From Chiloscyllium plagiosum (taxonomy: Eukaryota), in assembly GCF_004010195.1 (NCBI RefSeq), contig NW_025214255.1, forward strand, positions 7,891 through 40,878: a stretch of 32,988 nt of DNA, given 5' to 3'. The translations under genes were made by a program, and so were the position numbers. Positions 21,125 through 32,974 of the stretch are shown here, one piece after another; within the stretch, counting starts at the first letter, position 1; each line of letters begins with the position of its first letter. The notes under the pieces were generated by a model. That model was not told the origin of the DNA. It worked only from the letters and a program-made list of their open reading frames with translations, and ran no database searches.

Positions 21125-21870
21125 CTCCGGGACTTCCCCGTGCAACCAGAAAAGATGCAAAACCATCAGGCACACCACCTCCCTCACATCTATCCAGGGT
21201 CCCAAACACTCCTTCCAAGTGAGAGAGGGGTTCAACTGCCTCTCCTCCAACCTAGTTTATCCATCTGGTGCTCCTGATGTGGTCTTTCCTACATCGGGGA
21301 GACCAAACGTAAATGAACGGAATGTTTTGGCAAATGTCTCAGCTGGACCACAGGAGCCGACCTGACTCCCCCAGTCGCTGCCCAGTTTAATTCCCCTTCC
21401 CACTCCCTTTCCCAAATGACCATCCTTGGCCTCCTCCATTGCCACAATGAATCTGACCACAAATTGGAGGAACAACACCTCACCATCCGCATGGGCAGCC
21501 TACAGCCCAGAGGACCCAACATTGAGTTCTCCAATTTCAAATAACCTCCCTTCCCATCCCCCGACTCCCTTCCCAGCCCCTCTCACTCCTTCCCAGCCCC
21601 TTCCTCTTCCTTCCATTCCTCTCATTGACCCTTCCTTCCACCACCCACTGGATTCATTCCTACCATTGACCAACCAGGTCACACCCTCTATGTGTGTTCA
21701 CCTATCCGCACCTCACCCACCCTGCTCTGCCACCCCCTTTATCTGCAGCTCTCCTTATACCCACCCCCTCAGTCCTGAAGGATGGTTACACCCTAAACGT
21801 TGACTTCTCCATTTCCTGATGCTGCCTGGCTTGCTGTGCCCTCCCAGCCTCCTGCTTGTCTACCCTGGAT
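21125..21870 (+). mobile_element. Penelope-like element: GIY-YIG endonuclease remnant, 3' tail and decayed hammerhead
   Basis: NLVY/IWCS*CGLSYIGETKR..KLEEQHLTIRMGSLQPRGPNIEFSNFK*, then a C-rich tail and agtc-CTGAAGG-ATGGT tac ACCC-TAAAC-GTT-gact at 21771-21805. Confidence 0.85.
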
Positions 21871-23314
21871 TGTTACTGGGGGTTTTTACGAGGTACAGAG
21901 TGAGATGGCGAGCAGATTTACAAAAGTGATTACACAGCAGGATCAGTCAGATAGTTGGGTGACTGTCAGGAAAGATAAGACAGTAGTTCAAATGTCTCCG
22001 GGAGATATTCCTCCAACAATTCGATGTTCATGTTTAATTACAGCTGGATTTAATAGAATTGTTATCGGGGACTGTCCTGTCAGGGGCATAGACAGGAGAT
22101 TCTGTGGCAGCGAGCGTACATTTCGGATGGGCTGCTTTCCTGATGCTGGGATTAAAGATGTCTCTAAGTATTTCAACCATATTGTTCAAGGTGAGATTGA
22201 GATGCCAGAAATTATTGTACACATTGGTAGGAATGTTTTATTACAGAAAAGATGAAAGCATTAGCGAGTGAATTTAAGAAGTAAGGTGGAAGATTAAAAG
22301 TAGAATCTTAAAAATCGCTATCTGTGGTTTACTCACAATGTTAAACTCAAATGAGGGAAGGAACAAAAGGACAAAGGAGATAAAGGAATGGCTGAAGAGC
22401 TGGTGCATTGTTCAGGGATTGGGATAATTGGAATCTCTTTTAGGACAGAAAAGACCTGTTCAAAGAGAATGGGTCTAACCCGCACTGGATAGGAACCAAT
22501 ATCTTCCCAGGGAGATTTGCTCGTTCCATTATAGGGGACTTATTACAGATAGAGAGGACGAGTAGAGGAATTCTAAGGAGCAGTGCAAATAGAAGGATTG
22601 ATGGGGGCGGGTCTGAATGTGAAGAGAGCATGTCAGTTAGAAAAGAAAGACAAGAGAGAGTCAGAGTATGTAGCAACTCTGAAGAACTAAATTACATTGA
22701 TTTCAACACAAGGGGTCTTACACATAAGGTTTATGAACTCAGGGCATGTTTATGAAAATGGGATTGAGATGCCATAGCTATTACAGTAACTTGGCTGAGA
22801 GATGGACAAGACTGGCAGCTCAATGTTCCGGGTTTTAGATTCTATACAGAGGTTAGAAAAGGAGGCAAGAAAGGAGGGAGAGTGGTGTTTTTACTTCATG
22901 AATATATTACTGCTGTAACTAGAGAAAATATTTCTGAAAAATTATTCAGTGAAAATATATGGATAGAAATTACAAATACTAAAGGAATAAGATGGGATTG
23001 TACTATAGGCCCCCCAATGATAAGAGGGAAATTAAGAAACAAAGATGTGGGAGATCTCAGATATATGAAAGCATAATGAGGTTGTTAGGATGGGGATTAT
23101 TAATTTTCCAAACATTGACTGGGGCTACCATAGTGTTAAAGGTTTGGATAGGGAAGAATTTGTCAAATGTGTTCAAGAAAATTTTCTTGAGCAATTCATT
23201 GATGTTCCTACTAGAGAAGGAGCAAAACAAGACCATGTGTGTGCAATGAGGCAGGGCATGTGTCTGAAGTAAAAGTGGGGGAACACTTTGGGTCTCATCA
23301 ATCAGAATTCTGTC

Positions 23315-23377
23315 TGAGGTCTGCAGATGCTGGAGATCAGAGCTGGAAATGTGTTGCTGGAAAAGCGCAGCAGGTCA
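23315..23377 (-). mobile_element. Short PLE-tail fragment inside CR1
   Basis: Reverse complement matches ~217-278 (TGACCTGCTG..TCCAGCAA..TGATCTCCAGC.TCTGCAGACCTCA). No TSD seen. Confidence 0.7.
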
Positions 23378-25222
23378 AAAGGATAAGCCTTCCATAAAAA
23401 TTAAAGTGTTTAATTGGATGAGATATGGATAAAGGTTTAATGGTATGAGACAAGAATTTTAAAAGTTGATTGGAGTAGACTGCTCGCAGGGTAAAAGGAC
23501 GTCTGACAAGTGGGAGGCTTTCAAGGGTGCAATGGTGAGAGTTCAGAGGCACTATGTTCCTGTTAGAGTGAAGGGTAAGGTCAGTAAGATTAAGAACCAA
23601 TGGATTAACATAAATATTGAGGTTCCAGTCAAGAATTGAAGAGAATCTCATTTTAAATAGAGACAATTTGGTTCAATTGAATGTCTTCATCAATATAAAG
23701 CATACAGGGGCATTCTTCAGAACAAAATCAGGAAGGCAAAGGGGGGGGGGGGGGGTGGGCGGCATTGGCGGAGAAGGTGAAGGATAAGGCAAAGAGATTC
23801 TACAGGTATATTAAAAGCAAGAGGGTAACTGGAGGGAAAACAGCTTTGTGCTGAACACCAGGAGATGGGAAAGACACTAAATGAATATTTTGTGTCACAT
23901 TTTACTGTGGACAAAAAAATGGAGGCTGGAGAATGCAGGGAAATAAATTTTGATTTTTAAAAATAGTTCATATTACAGAAGAGCTAGTTGGGGAGGTCTT
24001 GGAGAGTATAAGGGTTGATAAATTTCTGGGACTTGATCAAATGTATCCCAGAACATTGTGGGAAGTAAGGGAGGAAATTGCGAGACCCTTTGCAGAAATA
24101 ATTACATCATCTATAAATACAGGGGCGATTCCTGAAGACTGGAGGATGGTTAACATTGTCTCTTTGTTTCAGAAAGAATGCAAAGAGAAACTGGGAACTA
24201 CAGACCAGTGAGTCTGCCTCTGGTTGTGGATAAATTGTTGGGGTGATTTTAAAAGATCGGATTTATGGACATTTGGAGAATTAAATATTGATTGGGTATA
24301 GTCAGCATGGTTTTGTGTGAGAATAACTGTGTCTCGCAAATCTGATTGCGTGCTCTGAGGAAGTTACCAAAATGATTGATGAGGACAGAGGAGTAGACAT
24401 TGTTCACTTGGACTTTAGTCGACACGGTTCTGCGTGGTCGACTAATTAGTAAAGTTAAGTCATATGGGATTCAGGATGAGCTTACCAATTGGATACACGA
24501 TTGGCTTAATGACAGGAGATAAAGTTTGGTGGTGGAGGGTTGCTTTTCGGAGGCCTGTCACCAACGATGTTCCACAAGGACCTCTTTTCTTTGTCATTTA
24601 TATAATTGATTTGGATGCGAATACAGCAGGCATGGGTAGTAAATTTGCGGATGACACCAAAACTGACAGCATGGTAGACAGTGAAGAAGGTTTTCTAAGA
24701 TTACAAAAGGAACTTGATGAAATGGGTCAATGAGCTGAACAATGGCAAATGGAATTGAAACTGGATAAATACGAGGTATTGCATTCTGGTAAAATAAACA
24801 AGGGTAGGACTTATACAGTTAATGGTAGGGCCTTGTGTCGAGTTGTAGACCAGAGGCTCATAGAGATTCATGGACATATTTTTTTGAAGTTTGTGTTGTA
24901 CACACACAGGATGGTTAAAAAGGCATTTAGCATCGCCTCGTCCTTTGAGTCCAGGAGTTGGGAGTCCTTTTCTGGAATAATGCGTCCAGTTCCAATTATA
25001 GGAAGGATATCATTAAGCTGGAGAGGGCTCAGAAGAAATTTCCCGGGATAATGCCAGATATGGAAGGTTTGAGTTCCAAAGAAAGGCTGGATTGGCTGGG
25101 ACTGATTTCACTGGAGCATAGGAGATTGAGAGGCCGCCTTATAGAGGTGTATAAAACAATGGGGGGAGGGGGGGGGGGTAGATAGAGATAATGGTCATTG
25201 TCTTTTTGCTAAGATGGGGTTT

Positions 25223-25592
25223 NNNNNNNNNNNNNNNNNNNNNNNNNNNNNNNNNNNNNNNNNNNNNNNNNNNNNNNNNNNNNNNNNNNNNNNNNNNNNN
25301 NNNNNNNNNNNNNNNNNNNNNNNNNNNNNNNNNNNNNNNNNNNNNNNNNNNNNNNNNNNNNNNNNNNNNNNNNNNNNNNNNNNNNNNNNNNNNNNNNNNN
25401 NNNNNNNNNNNNNNNNNNNNNNNNNNNNNNNNNNNNNNNNNNNNNNNNNNNNNNNNNNNNNNNNNNNNNNNNNNNNNNNNNNNNNNNNNNNNNNNNNNNN
25501 NNNNNNNNNNNNNNNNNNNNNNNNNNNNNNNNNNNNNNNNNNNNNNNNNNNNNNNNNNNNNNNNNNNNNNNNNNNNNNNNNNNNNNNNNNNN
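25223..25592. other. Assembly gap (370 N)
   Basis: Run of N. Confidence 1.
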
Positions 25593-25661
25593 TGTGTGAG
25601 TGTGTGTGTGTGAGTGTGAGTGTGTGTGGGTGTGAGTGTGTGTGTGCATGTGTGTGTGTGT
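25593..25661. repeat. (TG)n microsatellite within CR1, next to the gap
   Basis: TGTGTGAG/TGTG run leading into the CR1 motif GTGTGGAATGAACT. Confidence 0.9.
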
Positions 25662-26306
25662 GGAATGAACTAGCAGAGGAGGTGCTGGATGCAGGTACAA
25701 CTAGAGTGTTTAAAATCCATTTGGATTAGTAGGTTATGAGGAAAGGTTTGGAGGGATATGGGCGAGGAGCAGGCATGTGGGACTAGTTTAGTTTGGGATT
25801 ATGGTCAGCATGGACTGGTTGGACAAAAGGGTGTGTTTCCGTTCTGTATGACTCTCTGACTCTGGGACTGTATAAAGAATTTGGGATTGTTTCCTTCTTC
25901 AAAATTGTGAGAAGTTTTGTCAGATTTGAGAGAGACAAAATCCTTTGAGGAGTGAATCAGTAGCCAGAGGTTAAATAAAATCTCTTTATCCATTCTATTC
26001 TTAATCTCTCTCCTGTACTTTCTGTATTCTGCTTGGATCGTGACTGAATGATGAAGCTGTCAGTGTGGAGCTGCCCTACCCAGTTGCTGATATTTGCCCC
26101 AGGAATGGCAGACAGGGGGAAATTAGTACCCCACACTGCGGGCAGGCTCCTGCTGCTGATGCAGGCCTTTCTCCAGCTCCAGGGGCAGGAGAGGAGACCC
26201 CAACACCAGCCCATGCCAGCCCTGTCTGAGGTTCCCACCCGGGTCAGTGCAGTCTCAGCTGCCTGGAGGAATACCCAGCGCTGTCCGAAGTAGGTCAACG
26301 TCCTTC

Positions 26307-26848
26307 TGTTGATACAGAATTTAATCAGCAGGGATCTGTGAGAGCAGAAGAAATCAACAATACCTGAAAAAAATCAATGGAACTGACAATAATCAGTCTT
26401 TATTGAAAATACTGCAGCAGTTTGGCTGGAACTTGAAGAGAGGAGGAGATCCAAGTGATTCGCTATTTCTCTTCTAAGTTTCGCGCCTTTACAAAGATTG
26501 AGTACATTATACACTTTAAAACATGCTGAGGAATTACCGATTATCATGAAATGTACATCATCAGGAACACTGAACCTTAGCCAGAAAAATGTTAATCATT
26601 TGTGTCATTCCGTAACTCTGTTTCTGTTATACGGTTTTGGCTAAAGTCTGCAGCTTGAAATATCCAAGGAGCCGTTAAGAAGATTACTGAAGTTTTATCA
26701 AACTTAAGGAATTTGTTTACATTCAGCCTGGTCCTGAAAGCTGTTTCTGACCTTTTGCCACAGTCCTTTTCACTTACTGAACTATAACTCGAAAGTTGAC
26801 CCATCCTTTTCCCATCATGCATTGTTAAATATTTCCCACAATACCACA
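26307..26848 (-). mobile_element. ERV 3' LTR (~540 bp)
   Basis: Starts TGTGGTAT at 26848, directly after the PPT. AATAAA at 26404-26399. Plausible end GTATCAACA at 26307; this end is less certain because no partner LTR is present. Confidence 0.7.
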
Positions 26849-26860
26849 TTTCCCCCTTTT
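26849..26860 (-). other. Polypurine tract (PPT)
   Basis: AAAAGGGGGAAA, 20 nt after the env stop and directly before TG. Confidence 0.88.
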
Positions 26861-26879
26861 GTCAGATCATCATGATCAG

Positions 26880-28190
26880 TTATATCGGCATCTTGAAAAT
26901 CCAATTGAAAATGCATTGACACAAGCAAACGAGTAACCCTATTCCCACTAGCAATAGTACTATGAGCAAAAAGGCTTTAAAGATCCAATTAGACATTCTG
27001 TGACCCAACCAACTTATCCATCTCAATGGGCTATAATCATGGAGCTCTTTGCCAATGTCTTGTATGTGGTCAGTATGTTGTTTAATATATTCAGCTGGAT
27101 TGGTAATATTTTCAGAGGGATCTGGAATATAAGTACATACTTCTGACCCACAACAGTCCACGCTCCTCCTTGTGAGGCGAGCAGATAATCCAAGGCCAGT
27201 CGATTCTGCAATGGCACTGTCCGGGCAGCCACTAGCTCAGCTGAGACCACAGTCAGGGCTTGTCCAGGTGCCTTGGTTTCGAAAGTTGTCTCATTGGCCA
27301 GGTGTTCCAGTGCTGAGGCCGTGTGAATCAACTCGCTGGATTCCCATCCCATTCAGTACAACAGAAAAGACAACATGAGGAACTGGTCTAGCCCAGTAAT
27401 GGCTCTTGTAGTTCGTGGATGCTCGTGCTTAAGGGAGGTAAGGTGATGCATGTCGGGTACAACATAACCGAGGCAGCAGGATCCTATCCGATTGGTAGGA
27501 AGCCATGGGGACACTTTGGTTCCGCATATAAAGTATGTGCCATTGTGAGCTGTAAAATCACCAGCCAATGGCATCCAAGGCTGCATGGTGGAATAGACCC
27601 AGGGATTATCAGATGTAATATTCCATATCCTGGTCCAATCACAATTAAACATCCTGTTTCTTGAAATATTGACTACTGGGCCTTGCCTGTCAAATGTGAG
27701 ATTAAATTTGCTTTGCCCTATTAGCATTTCTTGTCTACATTTATTCAAGCATAGGGTCCTTGTAGCGTTATTGGAATGGACTGTAAGGTAAGGAGGAACT
27801 GAGTTGTGATTATATGCAGGCTGATACCATGCCGAAAATGTTATCATTTCCTAACCTGTCAATTCCCATATCCTCATTTCCCAATTAAGGCCTGTGTTAT
27901 TCTGTTGTAACATCCATTCAACTATTTCTGACATATAGAAATGGATGGGTTGGAAAGGTATTCCTTCGTTTGAATAGATGTGGATATGTGCACAAACCCA
28001 ACACATACTTATATTCAATTTCTCGGCATACATATATGAGATATGTAAATAGGTGTTTGCAGGCAATTCCCAAGTAGGCCGGTTTGGTAATGTCAAATGT
28101 TCATCTACGACAAAAAATTCTAAAAGTTCAAGAGTACCAAAATGATGTTCAAGCTGTATTGTCGACCATTTGCGGAGTAATCTTCCAATC
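26880..28190 (-). pseudogene. env: Endogenous retrovirus env, gamma-type, frameshifted
   Basis: SU motif CWVC (CxxC), NGTYFICG..WLP..GSCCLGYV, furin site RTTR-AITG, immunosuppressive domain LQNRLALDYLLASQGG, decayed CX6CC (..SEVCTYIPD) and TM anchor FLLIVLLLVGIGLLVCLC. Confidence 0.92.
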
Positions 28191-28199
28191 AGATGGATG

Positions 28200-30405
28200 A
28201 ACTCAATTGGAACATCCTCCAGTTGTGACAGAGGTTGGTGTTGCTAGTAGGACTTAAAAGGGGCCACTCCAGCGAAGTCCTAATTGGTTTCTTTCCCAAA
28301 TCTTGACCAACACGCAATCCCCTTGGTTTACTCGTGGGTATTGGGAGGTGATCGTGTTTTCCTCAGCTGGGCAATGTGATTGTTGGACCTGCGAGTGAAG
28401 AAACTTCATGGAAAGAGTGAACTGTTCCAAGTAATTCTGCATTTCCTCACCCATTCCATGGAGATCGACACCCTCAAGGGGTTTACCATGAGCATCCCAT
28501 GGAGTCCTCATTGGCCGACCATAAATTATCTCTGCAGCTGATAGTCCTGCCCGCGAATGCAGAGTTACTCACATGTGAAAAAGCATGAAAAGGAATACTT
28601 TGAGCAAATTTAACCCCGTGTCATCGACTAATTTAGATTATTTTTCTTTTAAGGTACAGTTGGCCTGTTCCACAATCCCTGCTGCCTGTGGGGATACACG
28701 CAGTGCAGTTGCTGTTTAATTGAAAGTGATTCATACAATTTAGTTCTGATTCCAGCTACAAACTGTGGTCCATTGTCTGAGCTTGTCACCTTAGACAACC
28801 CAAAGCAGGGAATAAGTTCAGTCAGCAATATGTTCACTACTGTATGTGCAGTACAATTAGTGGTGGGGAAGGCTTCAATCCATTTGCTAAATACATTGAC
28901 CATCACAAAACAGTATTTATAACATTGTACCTTAGATAATTCAATACAATCAAGCTGTATTCAGGCAAAAGGACCATCTGGCGAGGGGGCATTTAATACT
29001 TTTACCTTTGTTATTTTTCATGTAAATAAGGTTTGAGCTGCTGTATTCAAATCCGGTTGCCACCAGGTTTTTAAAAGTAACTGTACCGTTCCTTCCTTGC
29101 TAAGATGGGTACAAGTGGCAAGTAATCAATACGCACTGGGAACAAAGACTCAGGAATACAAACTTGACCGACCGGGGTTAGCCAGAAGTCTCATGTCCAG
29201 AATTGTGAACCCGCCATTGACTTACAAAGTGTATGCTCAGATTCAGAGGCGTCCCTCTGTAAAGTCTGAATCACAGTAAGATCTGGCATGCCCTTCGACC
29301 CTAAAGTAGCTCCTTGATTTAAGGCCTGATTCCCGTTAGCTGGAACAACTGAAATGGCGGATGCAGCCACCTCCTTAGCAGCCGAATCTGCACAGGCATG
29401 TCCTCATTGTACTGGAGTGTCCCCTTTTGCGTGTACAATGTGTTTAATACCAGCCAATTGATGAGGAAGCAGAATAGCATCGAGGAGATTTTTAACCCAA
29501 AGAGCATTATGAATGGGAGTCCCCGTAGCGGTCAGGAAGCCGTGTCACTGCCAGAGGCGGCCAAACTCCTGGGCAACACCGAATGTGTCCCTGGAATCAA
29601 TGTAAATGTGAGCAATTTGATCAGTGGCTAAAATACAAGCTCTGGTCAGGGCAAAAAGCTCAGCTTTCAGTGCGGAGACAGGGCTCTGAAAAGCAGCAGA
29701 CTCCTGAACAGCAGTGTCTGTTGGGATAGCATCGCCTGACTGCCAGACACCGTCCGGGGAAACAGAGGCAAGACCATTAACATAAAATATGAGGTCAGGA
29801 TTTTCAAATGGGAGCTCTGCCAAATCTGGGTGAGGAGCAGTAAGGAAATGATTCCGAATCAAACAGTCATGTGGGGGGATCAGGGAGATTGTCAGGGGGT
29901 TGCTCTAGGAATGGAGCAGGATTCAAGGTGGAGCAGGACCGAAATGATAGGTAAGGGTTCGGTAACAGTGAGATCTCAGAACCAGCTTGGGCAAGGTGCT
30001 GGGTCTGCTGAGGCGTGAGGAGGGTGACAGCAGAGTGTGAGGTGTACACCCGTACGGGCTGGGGAAGGGTCACATGAGAAGCTGCCTGGACTAACAAGTT
30101 CGGATTTGAGTGCAGTTAGGCTTTGGATGCAGGGAGGGAGGCCACAGGCAACAGGATCCAATTTATTGGAATAATAGGCCACCAGGCGATGACGGTCACC
30201 ATGCTGCTGAGTGAGGACACCAGTGGCACCGTCATCTATTCCACTGACATCCAACTGAAAGGGTCTGCCATACACCGGGCGGCCTGGAGCTGAGGCTGCA
30301 GCTAAGGCATCTTTGAGGCCATCAAAGATGCCTGCCAAGTCAAACAGCTGAACTTTAAGGGGAGCATTAGAAGAGAAATAAGGAGGAAGGTCCTTCGAAT
30401 AAGTT
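28200..30405 (-). pseudogene. pol: Endogenous retrovirus pol remnant (RT thumb/tether, RNase H, integrase), class I
   Basis: FDGLKDALAAASAPGRPVYGRPFQL..GVLTQQHGDRHRLVAYYSNKLDPVACGLPPC; RNase H FYVNG..SALKAELFALTRAC..IYIDSR..FG; integrase VFSKWIEAFPT..LIPCFG..SDNGPQF; GPY/F motif RWSGPF. Confidence 0.93.
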
Positions 30406-30419
30406 ATAACTTTTTTTTA

Positions 30420-31913
30420 CAGTATTTACTGTGGAAAAGGATATGGAAGATATAGACTGTCGGGAAATAGATGGTATCATCTTGCAAAATGTCCATATTA
30501 CAGAAGAAAACGTGCTGGATGTCTTGAAATGCATAAAAGTGGATAAATCCAGGACCTGATCAGGGGTACCTTAGAACTCTGTGGGAAGCTAGAGAAGTGA
30601 TTGCTGGGCCTTTTGCTGAGATATTTGTATCATCAATAGTCACAGGTGAGGTGCCGGGAGACTGGAGGTTGGCTAATGTGGTGCCATTGTTTAAGAAGGG
30701 TGGTAAGGACAAGCCAGGGAACTATAGACCAGTAAGCCCGACCTCGGTGATGGGCAAGTTGTTAGAGGGAATCCTGAGGGACAGGATGTACATGTATTTC
30801 AAAAGGCAAGGACTGATTATGGAGAGTCAACATGGTTTTTGTGTGTGGGAAATCATGTCTTACAAACTTGATTGTGTTTTTTGAGGAAGTAACAAAGAGG
30901 ATTGATGAGGGCAGAGCGGTAGATGTGATCTATATGGACTGCAGTAAGGCGTTCAACAAGGTTCACAATGGGAGACTGATTAGCAAGGTTAGATCTCACG
31001 GAATACAGGGAGAACTAGCCATTTGGATACCGGATTGGCTCAAAGGTAGAAGACAGAGGGGGGTGGTGGAGGGTTGTTTTTCAGACTGGAGGTCTGTGAC
31101 CAGTGGAGTGCCACAAGGATCGGTGCTGGGCCCTCTACTTTTTGTCATTTACATAAATGATTTGGATGCGAGCATAAGAGGTACAGTTAGTAAGTTTGCA
31201 GATNNNNNNNNNNNNNNNNNNNNNNNNNNNNNNNNNNNNNNNNNNNNNNNNNNNNNNNNNNNNNNNNNNNNNNNNNNNNNNNNNNNNNNNNNNNNNNNNN
31301 NNNNNNNNNNNNNNNNNNNNNNNNNNNNNNNNNNNNNNNNNNNNNNNNNNNNNNNNNNNNNNNNNNNNNNNNNNNNNNNNNNNNNNNNNNNNNNNNNNNN
31401 NNNNNNNNNNNNNNNNNNNNNNNNNNNGTGAAACTTGAAAGGGTTCAGAAAAGATTTACAAGGATGTTGCCAGGGTTGGAGGATTTGAGCTATAGGGAGA
31501 GGCTGAACAGGCTGGGGCTGTTTTCCCTGGAGCGTCGGAGGCTGAGGGTGACCTTATAGAGGTTTAAACAATTATGAGGGACATGGATAGGATAAATAGG
31601 CAAAGTCTTTTCCCTAGGATCAGGGAGTCCAGAACTAGAGGGCAGAGGTTTAGGGTGAGGGGGAAAGATATAAAATAGACCTAAGGGGCAACTTTTTCAC
31701 ACATAGGGTGGTACATGTATGGAATGAGCTGCCAGAGGAAGTGGTGCAGGCTGGTACAATTGCACCATTTAAGAGGCATCTGGATGGGTATATGAATAAG
31801 AGGGATATGGGCCGGGTGCTGGCAGGTGGGACTCGATTGGGTTGGGATATCTGGTCGGCATGGACGGGTTGGACCGAAGGTTCTGTTTCCATGCTGTATA
31901 TCTCTATGACTCT
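30420..31913 (+). mobile_element. CR1 LINE, 5'-truncated young copy spanning a gap
   Basis: [62 protein letters not shown] and tail TCTCTATGACTCTAT. Closely similar to 12103-13917. Confidence 0.95.
31204..31427. other. Assembly gap (224 N)
   Basis: Run of N. Confidence 1.
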
Positions 31914-31974
31914 ATTTAGAAGCCATTGCCTTCAAAAATGGACCAGCCCTAAAAAGTTGAGGGAAGGGGTGTGG

Positions 31975-32210
31975 TTAGGCTCTCCCAAATTCAAGCTGCT
32001 TCATTTCCACTTAAGTTTTAGCCCTTTCCAAAGCTTCCGATGGCATTCCTGGGAATTGTAAACATTGCACGACTGCCACAACAACTTCCCCTTTTCTCAC
32101 AGACAAAGGCAACACCAAATCCAAAAGCTTGCCTTGCTCATGTTTTGTAAAACTCTCAAAGTGGTCCCTTTCACCCCCAGGAAACTCTGAGTGACTGAAC
32201 GAGACTTTAT
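31975..32210 (-). pseudogene. Probable gag N-terminus of a Ty3/Gypsy-type LTR retrotransposon
   Basis: About 125 nt downstream of the PBS. Reads SVTQSFLGVKGTTLRVLQNMS/KLLDLVLPLSVRKGEVVVAVVQCLQFPGMPSEALERAKT*VEMKQLEF, which resembles from memory the N-terminus of fish/shark Gypsy gag. Confidence 0.5.
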
Positions 32211-32333
32211 TACACAAGGCGCACTCTGTTTAAACCAACCAAAGCCAGCAGCCGAAATTAAAGTCACTAACACTTACCACTCACTGCCTTTGAGTATAAT
32301 AACCCTAAACCCATCCTGGATTTAGAGATTTCA

Positions 32334-32352
32334 ATCTTGACAGGAGCCCCCA
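32334..32352 (-). other. Primer-binding site, tRNA-Pro-like
   Basis: TGGGGGCTCCTGTCAAGAT, 3 nt after the LTR end. The canonical Pro PBS is TGGGGGCTCGTCCGGGAT; the first 9 nt are identical. Confidence 0.75.
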
Positions 32353-32355
32353 GTT

Positions 32356-32974
32356 TGTTATGGACCAGACCAAACCCCCCTCAAAATATTCAGAAGATCG
32401 TCCAAACGCAACATTTTCTTATTTTGAAGGTAAGTGTAAGGTTTCACATTCAACATGCGATTTGACTGGTCAAACTACCAGATTTAAACTAGAATGCATT
32501 TTATTCATCCACTACAGCTAAAATAAACAAAAGAAAGAAGGAATTGGAATAACTTAACTTTATTGGAAAACTGATCAGAATAACAGTTACAGAAACTATT
32601 ACTAATGAATATAGTGGGATCCCATAAGCAGACCTTTGGCAAAAGGCAAATTCAGAACACAGATTGTCTCACATGCAACTCCTGCAGCAGACAGAAAACC
32701 CCAGCTTTTGGCTGTGACCAAGAGGGGTATAAAATAATTCCCACTCTTTCAAAACCCCAATAACAACTGCTGAATGCTAACCTAATGATCCTGGTTCTGT
32801 GGGAGTTTGACCACACCCATCCAGGTTGCTTCTATTGTTCCAACTTTAAAACAATACCCGTGGCCTCACACACTGTTTACTCTCATGATTCTGTTTACTG
32901 CTCAATGCCTCTTTCTCAAAACATCTCCTCAAAAAAAGGACAAAATAACCTCTTCAAACCATTGGATCATCACA
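32356..32974 (-). mobile_element. 5' LTR (~620 bp) of an LTR retroelement
   Basis: TG...CA ends with an imperfect inverted repeat (TGTTATG / CATCACA on plus), minus-strand AATAAA at ~32500-32505, and an adjacent PBS. Confidence 0.75.

Larger units (their letters stand above)
21900..25865 (+). mobile_element. Near full-length decayed CR1 LINE (ORF1 esterase plus ORF2 APE-RT), spanning a gap
   Basis: IVIGDCPVRGIDRRFCG..IIVHIGRN (ORF1), GLYYRPPN, NFPNIDW, DVPTREGA, SKFADDTK, LDKYEVLH, WNELAEEV and a 3' tail at ~25860. Many stops and frameshifts. Confidence 0.92.

Noticed and set aside
21771..21805. Functional hammerhead
   Set aside because: The core is mutated (CTGAAGG, TAAA for GAAA, mismatch in stem II), so it is recorded only as a decayed motif.
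25957..26300. GC-rich segment with ORFs on both strands beside the LTR
   Set aside because: No domain, splice evidence or repeat identity that I can support.
26880..28190. Domesticated syncytin-like env gene
   Set aside because: It is split over at least four ORFs and the CX6CC motif is disrupted.
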